64,000 nucleotides of DNA from NCBI GenBank assembly GCA_024763075.1, contig JANTGF010000007.1:17879-81878 (forward strand), in the 5' to 3' direction. This DNA is from Bacteroidales bacterium (GTDB taxonomy: Bacteria > Bacteroidota > Bacteroidia > Bacteroidales > VadinHA17). Under the pieces are notes generated by a model. That model had not been told where the DNA came from and searched no databases. It saw only the letters and a program-made list of their open reading frames with translations. Numbering within the stretch: position 1 is the stretch's first letter; every line of letters starts with the position of its first letter. Below are positions 57,152-64,000 of this stretch, piece by piece. The position numbers were made by a program, and so were the translations under genes.

Positions 57152-57856
57152 TTAATTCAATTGTTTCTTAAAATAAGCCTGATACGAACTAAGGCAGGTA
57201 TGTAACATGGCTTCAAGTCCTTTTGAAGTAAGTGTGGACCCGGAAATTGCATCAACCTGATTATTACTGTTTGGATCTGCTTTTCCCTTCACAACCTCTA
57301 TAGAGGTAAAGGTACCATCACTGGAAAAAATCTTTTTCCCCTTAAACTCATCCTGAAACCATTGGGTTGTAATTTCCGCACCCAAACCGGGAGTTTCACT
57401 ATCATGATCAAAATTAGTTCCATAAATAGTATTGAAATCGTCATTAAATGAGACAAATCCAAAAATTGGCCCCCATAAACCGGTTCCCCTCACCGGTACA
57501 ATGTATTCTTTTCTCCCATCATCCAATACGCCAACGTATACTGGAAGTTCCCTGTTTTCTTCAGGTTTTCTCATCTCATCCTTCATGGATATTGAAAAAG
57601 CATCCAGACCTTCTTTTTGCTCTCCCTTAACATCCACAACATAGGTTTCCTTAATATACTTCCCATACAAGTCTTCGGCATTTTTTGTCGTAGTTTCGAT
57701 GCCAATTGAAGCCAGAATTTTCCGTTTCTTTTCAATTTCAATATTCTTTTGTTGCTTAGGTTGCAGCAACATTGCTGCAGAAGAAAGGATGGCTGCAACA
57801 AGAATAACCATAATTGCAGAAAAAACAAATATATATGTATTGCTAAAATTTTTCAT
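57152..57856 (-). CDS. nqrC: Na+-NQR subunit C
   Basis: 234 aa with an N-terminal TM helix. The FMN attachment motif is ISGSTLTS. Confidence 0.9.
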   Translation of the reverse strand: MKNFSNTYIFVFSAIMVILVAAILSSAAMLLQPKQQKNIEIEKKRKILASIGIETTTKNAEDLYGKYIKETYVVDVKGEQKEGLDAFSISMKDEMRKPEENRELPVYVGVLDDGRKEYIVPVRGTGLWGPIFGFVSFNDDFNTIYGTNFDHDSETPGLGAEITTQWFQDEFKGKKIFSSDGTFTSIEVVKGKADPNSNNQVDAISGSTLTSKGLEAMLHTCLSSYQAYFKKQLN

Positions 57857-57869
57857 TGGAATAAATTAT

Positions 57870-59036
57870 TTATGCTTTAACCTTTATTCGTTTTAATCTT
57901 TTCTTAATATTTGCCTCTATAACATAATGATCTATTAAAGGAGCGAATACATTCATCAACAAAATTGCCAACATTACGCCTTCAGGATAAGCCGGGTTAA
58001 GCACCCTGATCAGGATAGCAAATAAACCGGTAAGAAAACCATAAATCCATTTTCCCCTTTCGGTTTGTGCCGAAGTTACCGGGTCCGTTACCATAAACAC
58101 AGCACCAAAAGCAAAACCACCTAAAAACAGATGTTCCCATGCGGGCAATTCCATATATGGATTTGCAGCAAACGCATTCAGGATAAGTCCCATGAATAAG
58201 CCTCCGGCAAACATTGCGAGCATTGTTTTCCAGCTTGCTATTCCGGTCCAGATCAAAATAACAGCACCTATTAATATTGCTAAAACAGAAGTTTCTCCAA
58301 CAGAACCAGGAATAATTCCCATAAACATATCGAATATTGAAGGAAGACTTCCGACATTTCCGGCAGCAGCTTCAGCAAGAGGAGTTGCACCAGAAAACCC
58401 ATCGATCAACTCCGAAGCGTGTTTTGTCATACCTGAAATCCAGACTGAGTCACCAGACATCCAGCCAGGATAGGCAAAAAACAGGAATGCCCTGACTGTC
58501 AAGGCCGGATTTAGTATATTCATTCCTGTACCTCCAAACACCTCCTTTCCAAGAATAACAGCAAAGGCTATAGCCAGCGCCAGCATCCACAAGGGTACAT
58601 CCACCGGTACAATCAGTGGTATAAGCATACCTGAAACCAGGTATCCTTCGTTAACTTCATGGCCTCTCATTTGCGCAACTGCAAACTCAATTCCCAGTCC
58701 TACAACATATGATACAATGATCAAGGGCAATACACGAAGGAAACCATACCAGAAATTCGGCCAGAAAGATGATTCCTGTCCAAATGCTTCCGCATGCCAA
58801 TGGCCAACATTCCACATTCCAAAAAGAAGGGACGGAACAAGAGCAATCACAACAATGATCATTGCTCTTTTCATATCCATAGTATCACGAATATGAGATC
58901 CTTTTGGTTTAGTTACCGTATCAGGTACATACAAAAAAGTTTCAAACGCATCAAAGGTAGAGTGCAACTTTTCAAATTTTCCTCCCTTTTCAAAGTTTGG
59001 TTTAATCTTGTCAATATAATTCCTAAGTAATTTCAT
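57870..59036 (-). CDS. nqrB: Na+-NQR subunit B
   Basis: 388 aa, polytopic. The FMN attachment motif is FSGATPL. Confidence 0.95.
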   Translation of the reverse strand: MKLLRNYIDKIKPNFEKGGKFEKLHSTFDAFETFLYVPDTVTKPKGSHIRDTMDMKRAMIIVVIALVPSLLFGMWNVGHWHAEAFGQESSFWPNFWYGFLRVLPLIIVSYVVGLGIEFAVAQMRGHEVNEGYLVSGMLIPLIVPVDVPLWMLALAIAFAVILGKEVFGGTGMNILNPALTVRAFLFFAYPGWMSGDSVWISGMTKHASELIDGFSGATPLAEAAAGNVGSLPSIFDMFMGIIPGSVGETSVLAILIGAVILIWTGIASWKTMLAMFAGGLFMGLILNAFAANPYMELPAWEHLFLGGFAFGAVFMVTDPVTSAQTERGKWIYGFLTGLFAILIRVLNPAYPEGVMLAILLMNVFAPLIDHYVIEANIKKRLKRIKVKA

Positions 59037-59084
59037 TATGTGTGAATTATCAACATTTTATTATTATCCGATAATATTATTTCT

Positions 59085-60431
59085 TTAGCCAAGTTCTTTA
59101 ATCATAAAATCAAATCCTTTCCGCAAAATTGACTGTACTTCTGTTTTAGAAGTACATACAAATTCACAAAGAGCCATATCTTCCTCGGCAACTTCATAAA
59201 TCCCAAGATTCTCCATCAGGTCAAAATCTTCAATTAAAATTGCTTTAAGAAGCTGAACAGGATATATATCCATTGGAAAAACCCTTTCATATTCACCCGT
59301 CATTACAAAGGCCCTGGCCCCTCCGTGCAGGTTTGTATTAAAAACAAATTCCTTTTTAGGCATAAGCCAGGAGAAATATGATCTGGAAGCACTAAATTTA
59401 TTTAGCCTCGGCATTCCCCATCCAAACAATTCATGATAATTACCTTCAGGGATAACCGTTACCTGTTGATCATAATAACCCAAGTATCCTTCCCGATGTA
59501 TAGCCGTTCCGGTAAGAGCATTACCGCTAATGTACCTCAGGTTTGCCCCGGAGACATTGGCTTCAGTCATTTCGTTAATTGTTGTCCCCAATTTGGTTTT
59601 ATAATACACCGGGTTTATAACTTCGGAGCCGGTAAAGGCAATAATTATCTCCGGATCAAGCACCCCTTTTTCAAATAAACGCCCAATCATTACAACATGC
59701 TGGGGATTTACCACCCAAACAGTTTCTCCTTTATTTACAGGTTTTACATGATGAAGTTGTATTCCCACATTACCTGAAGGATGCGGACCCGAGAACTCTG
59801 TAATCTCAATATTTTGAATGGATTTATAAATAGACTTATCAAAGCTTTCTGCTTTTACCCCCAAATATATTTTACCCTCAGTTAACTTAAGAAGTACATT
59901 TACCCCGGTTTGAAATGATTCAGCAGAATCCTGAAGTACAAAATTCATTTCAGGAGCAAGAGGAGAAGTATCAAAACCGGAAATAAAGATATCCCTAGGC
60001 TTATCCTCAGGATTTGCTATGATATTAAACGGACGTTGCCTCAGGGTTGGCCATAAACCGCTACTTAAAAGGATTTCCTTTACTTTTTCTTCCTTTAAAG
60101 AAGAAACATCCCCGGTTTCAAACTTAACCGGAGTGTCCTTTTTATCAGTTTTCACAACTACCTCCAGGATCATCCTTCTCTCTCCCCGGTTAACGGCAAC
60201 TACAGTACCACTTACCGGTGATGTAAATTTAACCTCTGGTCTGTATTTATCAAAAAACAGAGGAGAACCTACTTTGACAGTAGCTTCAGGTTTTACAGCA
60301 AGCTTTGGAGTAAGTCCTGGAAAATCGGTGGGTTTAAGTGCAAACAATTCTGTTTCAGGCGCTGAAATAAGGTTTAGGGCGGCTTTCCCTTTCATCCTTA
60401 TATCAAGGCCTTTTTTTATTTTAACAGTCAT
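59085..60431 (-). CDS. nqrA: Na+-NQR subunit A
   Basis: 448 aa. N-terminus MTVKIKKGLDIRMKGKA is typical of NqrA. It is soluble and the first gene of the operon. Confidence 0.95.
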   Translation of the reverse strand: MTVKIKKGLDIRMKGKAALNLISAPETELFALKPTDFPGLTPKLAVKPEATVKVGSPLFFDKYRPEVKFTSPVSGTVVAVNRGERRMILEVVVKTDKKDTPVKFETGDVSSLKEEKVKEILLSSGLWPTLRQRPFNIIANPEDKPRDIFISGFDTSPLAPEMNFVLQDSAESFQTGVNVLLKLTEGKIYLGVKAESFDKSIYKSIQNIEITEFSGPHPSGNVGIQLHHVKPVNKGETVWVVNPQHVVMIGRLFEKGVLDPEIIIAFTGSEVINPVYYKTKLGTTINEMTEANVSGANLRYISGNALTGTAIHREGYLGYYDQQVTVIPEGNYHELFGWGMPRLNKFSASRSYFSWLMPKKEFVFNTNLHGGARAFVMTGEYERVFPMDIYPVQLLKAILIEDFDLMENLGIYEVAEEDMALCEFVCTSKTEVQSILRKGFDFMIKELG

Positions 60432-60461
60432 CTGTAACTTTTAAAATTAATAAACGTGAAA

Positions 60462-60469
60462 CAAAAATA
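60462..60469 (-). promoter_or_regulatory. Bacteroidota -7 box TATTTTTG for the nqr operon
   Basis: The minus strand reads TATTTTTG, 30 nt upstream of the nqrA ATG at 60431. Confidence 0.4.
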
Positions 60470-60725
60470 GGCAAATTTTATAATCAAAATTGCCTTGAAT
60501 AAAATTAAGGTAAAACACAAACATACAAATTTGTATTAATGTTTTGAAATAGAAAATAATGAACTTTATGTTTTACAACAATTTTTTAACAAAAAGGTCT
60601 AATTTATTTTAATTCTAAAGAAAATAAAAGAATGTTTAATTCTTTTTTACCGGAATTCAGATTAATTCCTGTCTTCCTTAAACGACATAATTTTATACCA
60701 ATCTCTAACGATTGTTAATTTTAAT

Positions 60726-60733
60726 TATATTTG
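60726..60733 (+). promoter_or_regulatory. Bacteroidota -7 box TATATTTG
   Basis: TAnnTTTG match 15 nt upstream of the ATG at 60749. Confidence 0.4.
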
Positions 60734-60748
60734 ACAATATTTTAATTT

Positions 60749-62050
60749 ATGAAATTAATGAAATCATACTTCACCTTCTTTATTCTGATTATTTTATCCA
60801 ATTCGGTTGCTGCTCAAAATATTTCCGGTAATTTAGATTCTCTCGTTCACAGCAATCACATTTTTTTAAAAAACATAAAAACAGTCCAATTAAATAAAAA
60901 AGGATGGCCGGTCAGTTATCCGGTAATTAAACTTAACTCACAAGAGAAACTTGAACTTAGTTTTGATGACCTTGCTGAAAATGTTGGAGATTACTATTAT
61001 ACTTTTATCCATTGTGACGCAGCCTGGAATAATTCAAACCTGATGGAGGGAGATTACCTTGATGGCTTTACCGAGAATCAGTTAAGCAATTATAAGTTTT
61101 CATTTAATACCTCCGTAAAATATATACATTACAAATTAGATTTCCCTAATGAAGATGTCCGATTCAGGTTATCCGGAAATTACATCATACTTGTTTACAG
61201 AAATTACAATAAGGAAGATCCTGTTATCAGCTACCGGTTTATGGTGACTGAGGATCTGGTGGATGTACAAATGACTCTGACCAGGCCGGCAAATCCACGT
61301 TTCAGAGAAACCGGACAGGAAGTTCATGTGGCGGTAAAATATTCCAATTATGCAATTTTTGATCCATCCAGTGAAGTAAAAGTTATGATTACACAAAATG
61401 GCAGATGGGACAATGCAGCATTTCTTACCAGGCCTTCATTTGTAAGGGCACAGGAATTAATTTACGATTTCGATAAAAAAAATATCTTTTTTGGAGGTAA
61501 CGAATACCGGTATTTTGATATTAAAAGTTTTCGTTATCAAACAGAATACATAAGAAACATAGATTTTAAGCATCCTTATTTTCATGTACAGTTAAGTCCT
61601 TCGAAACCTAAAAACAGGATATCCTACTTCTATGAGCAGGACATTAACGGGAAGTATTATATCAAGGTACAGGAAGGATTGGAGGCAGAAGTTGAAGCAG
61701 ATTATGCAAAAGTCTATTTTACACTAAATGTACCCAATGCATACACCATGGGTGAAGTCTATATTTTTGGGGCTCTGTCAAACTGGAATTGTTCAAAAGA
61801 AAATCATATGATTTACAACTATGATACCCGTGCTTATGAGGGATCTCTTTTATTAAAGCAGGGGTATTATAATTATGAATATGTAATAAAAGCCAAAGGA
61901 ATTTCTTTTGCAGACAATACTCTTATCGAGGGAAGTCACTTTGAGACAGAGAATGACTATTATACCTTTGTTTATCACAGGGCTGCAGGTTCAAGATACG
62001 ACAGGCTTGTTGGTTCAGTCAAGGGAAATTCATTGAATAAGCCCCGTTAA
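60749..62050 (+). CDS. secreted protein of unknown function (possibly DUF5103 / T9SS-plug-like family)
   Basis: 433 aa with signal peptide ...SNSVAA|Q. All-beta appearance and a C-terminal YYNYEY carbohydrate-binding-like segment. The family assignment is from memory only. Confidence 0.45.
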   Translation: MKLMKSYFTFFILIILSNSVAAQNISGNLDSLVHSNHIFLKNIKTVQLNKKGWPVSYPVIKLNSQEKLELSFDDLAENVGDYYYTFIHCDAAWNNSNLMEGDYLDGFTENQLSNYKFSFNTSVKYIHYKLDFPNEDVRFRLSGNYIILVYRNYNKEDPVISYRFMVTEDLVDVQMTLTRPANPRFRETGQEVHVAVKYSNYAIFDPSSEVKVMITQNGRWDNAAFLTRPSFVRAQELIYDFDKKNIFFGGNEYRYFDIKSFRYQTEYIRNIDFKHPYFHVQLSPSKPKNRISYFYEQDINGKYYIKVQEGLEAEVEADYAKVYFTLNVPNAYTMGEVYIFGALSNWNCSKENHMIYNYDTRAYEGSLLLKQGYYNYEYVIKAKGISFADNTLIEGSHFETENDYYTFVYHRAAGSRYDRLVGSVKGNSLNKPR

Positions 62051-62158
62051 ATTTTCAGATGAGTCATTTCTGTTAATTTAAAAAAGATTAATTCTTCTTT
62101 CGTTGAAAAGGCTTTAAAAACCATGAATTATTTCATATTATTTTTATTTTTGAATCCT

Positions 62159-62166
62159 TATTTTTG
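62159..62166 (+). promoter_or_regulatory. Bacteroidota -7 box TATTTTTG (a second copy at 62145-62152)
   Basis: TAnnTTTG matches 45-59 nt upstream of the ATG at 62211. Confidence 0.35.
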
Positions 62167-62210
62167 ACCTCACTAAAAAATGCATAATTATTCATTTTAA
62201 ACATAAACTG

Positions 62211-63857
62211 ATGTCAACAAATACCTTACAAGTTCCTTTAGCTGAAAATGAGCCGATTTATTCATACGCTCCGGGAACAAAGGAAAGAAAGGCTCTGAAA
62301 GATGCCATTCATGAAGCAAGATCCAGGCAAATTGAGATCCCAATGTATATTAACGGGAAGGAAGTAAAATCAGGAAACCTGGTTGATATTCATCCTCCCC
62401 ATGACCTGTCCCATACATTAGGTCAATATCATAAAGGTGATGCAAGCCATGTAAGAATGGCAATTGATGCTGCATTGGCTGCAAAAGAAAAATGGGCAAA
62501 AATGCCCTGGCGCTCAAGAGCTGCCATTTTCCTGAAAGCTGCTTCTTTACTTGCAGGCCCGTATAGGTATAAAATGAATGCAGCAACTATGCTTGCCCAA
62601 TCTAAGAATCCATTCCAGGCAGAAATTGATTCAGCTTGTGAAGCCATTGACTTCTGGAGATTCAATGCACAATTTATGTCTGAAATTTACGAGCAGCAAC
62701 CCAACTCTTCGGAACATGTCTGGAATCGCCTCGAACAAAGGCCACTTGAAGGTTTTGTTTTTGCCCTTACTCCTTTTAATTTCACTTCCATTGCTGCAAA
62801 CCTTCCAACAGCCCCGGCAATGATGGGAAACACGGTTGTTTGGAAACCATCCAATACACAGATTTACTCAGCGAGACTGCTCATGGAAATATTTATTGAA
62901 GCGGGACTCCCCGATGGTGTTATCAACCTTATGTATGTATCAGGTCCGGTAGCGGGAAAAGAGATTTTCTCCCACCCCGATTTTGCCGGCATTCATTATA
63001 CCGGTTCAACTGAAGTGTTTCAGTCTATCTGGAAAGAGATTGGGAACAACATAAGTAAATTCAAATCTTATCCGAGGATTGTTGGAGAAACAGGAGGAAA
63101 AGATTTTGTAATGGTTCACAAATCAGCTGATCCGGCACAAGTAGCAACTGCGCTTACAAGGGGAGCGTTTGAATATCAGGGACAAAAATGCAGCGCTGCT
63201 TCCCGGGCCTATATACCTGATAATCTCTGGCCGGAAGTAAAGGATATCCTTTCAAAACAACTGGCTGAAATAAAAATGGGAGGCGTTGAAGATTTCTCTA
63301 ACTTTGTAAATGCTGTGATTGATGAAGCTTCTTTTGACAAACTTGCCGGCTACATTGAAAAGGCAGAAAGTGACAAAGAAGCGGAAGTAATCTTCGGGGG
63401 TAAATATGATAAAACAAAAGGATATTTTATTGAACCTACCGTTATTCTTACTACAGATCCAGGTTATGTTACTATGGAAGAAGAATTGTTTGGTCCGGTT
63501 TTAACCATCTATGTGTACAAGGCAGGGGATTTTGAAGAAACACTCGATCTGCTTGATAAAACTTCTCCTTATGCACTGACCGGTGCTATTTTTGCAAAAG
63601 AAAGGGAAGTTATTCAACTGGCAACAGAAAAGCTGGTGAACGCAGCAGGTAATTTTTACATAAATGACAAGCCCACCGGGGCTGTTGTAGGCCAGCAACC
63701 ATTTGGGGGTGCACGGGCTTCCGGAACCAATGACAAAGCAGGGTCTGCACTTAATTTATACAGGTGGATTTCACCCCGGACCATTAAAGAGAACTTCCTG
63801 CCTCCGGCAGATTATACTTATCCTTTTATGAAAGAGGATTCGGATAATAACGAATAG
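62211..63857 (+). CDS. pruA: L-glutamate gamma-semialdehyde (1-pyrroline-5-carboxylate) dehydrogenase
   Basis: 548 aa in the aldehyde dehydrogenase superfamily. VGETGGKDF and the catalytic Cys in EYQGQKCSA are present. The PruA-type N-terminus is YAPGTKERKAL. Confidence 0.9.
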   Translation: MSTNTLQVPLAENEPIYSYAPGTKERKALKDAIHEARSRQIEIPMYINGKEVKSGNLVDIHPPHDLSHTLGQYHKGDASHVRMAIDAALAAKEKWAKMPWRSRAAIFLKAASLLAGPYRYKMNAATMLAQSKNPFQAEIDSACEAIDFWRFNAQFMSEIYEQQPNSSEHVWNRLEQRPLEGFVFALTPFNFTSIAANLPTAPAMMGNTVVWKPSNTQIYSARLLMEIFIEAGLPDGVINLMYVSGPVAGKEIFSHPDFAGIHYTGSTEVFQSIWKEIGNNISKFKSYPRIVGETGGKDFVMVHKSADPAQVATALTRGAFEYQGQKCSAASRAYIPDNLWPEVKDILSKQLAEIKMGGVEDFSNFVNAVIDEASFDKLAGYIEKAESDKEAEVIFGGKYDKTKGYFIEPTVILTTDPGYVTMEEELFGPVLTIYVYKAGDFEETLDLLDKTSPYALTGAIFAKEREVIQLATEKLVNAAGNFYINDKPTGAVVGQQPFGGARASGTNDKAGSALNLYRWISPRTIKENFLPPADYTYPFMKEDSDNNE

Positions 63858-63881
63858 ATATTTTGATTTTCTGTATTTGAA

Positions 63882-63921
63882 GGTGCTTTTGTGTATTTAA
63901 AACACAAAAGCACTTTTTTTT
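63882..63921 (+). terminator. strong rho-independent terminator after pruA
   Basis: GTGCTTTTGTGT (63883-63894) pairs with ACACAAAAGCAC (63902-63913) and is followed by T8. Confidence 0.8.
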
Positions 63922-64000
63922 AACCCTTTAATATAATTATCTATAACTTTGAGCCGTTAAAACACTGTAATGACAAAAAGAGGATTTTTCAATTTCTTTA

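Noticed and set aside
60019-60444. 141-aa ORF antisense to nqrA, plus similar long shadow or alternate-frame ORFs (49578..49961, 49962..50261, 15049..15465, 13188..13553, 104..412, 31144..31443)
   Set aside because: All lie entirely within well-supported genes, have low-complexity or odd composition, and have no start context. These are typical shadow ORFs.
63970-64000. ATG at 63970 (MTKRGFFNFF...) as the start of a further gene
   Set aside because: Only 31 nt lie within the window, which is too little to support a call.

Overview
AT-rich chromosomal segment with a Bacteroidota signature. TAnnTTTG -7 boxes sit upstream of many genes, signal peptides are followed by Gln at +1, and the window carries a Na+-NQR operon with apbE, a fused E1 alpha/beta 2-oxoacid dehydrogenase and a Wza/Wzc pair. 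About 50 of the called genes are ordinary housekeeping or envelope genes: ccp (5' partial), folC, PhoH2, sixA-like, ppk1, an IMPase, alaS, two tandem acyl-CoA synthetases, recR, E2 and E1 of a 2-oxoacid dehydrogenase, holA, a rhomboid, wza/wzc, nhaC, nqrABCDEF-apbE and pruA. There is one tRNA-Val(TAC). I found no transposase, integrase, phage gene, CRISPR array, toxin-antitoxin pair or recognisable defence system.

Four things are not explained by routine annotation:
1. 32.4-41.3 kb holds a tandem array of four full paralogs plus one truncated paralog. All share a TPR + TolB-like (PD40) propeller core but have different C-terminal anchoring modules: a fourfold repeat plus TM anchor, an OmpA-like peptidoglycan-binding domain (two genes), or none. 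This is the best candidate for an uncharacterised envelope system.
2. 4.10-4.54 kb holds two strongly GC-enriched non-coding blocks. They share sequence anchors and contain mutually exclusive helices. They are either a structured RNA or decayed foreign DNA.
3. The spacers around tRNA-Val are repeat- and palindrome-rich, and one two-hairpin element recurs at 10.3 kb.
4. A small Cys-containing single-TM protein lies convergent with apbE at the end of the nqr operon.

All family assignments come from reading motifs by eye. No database search was run.
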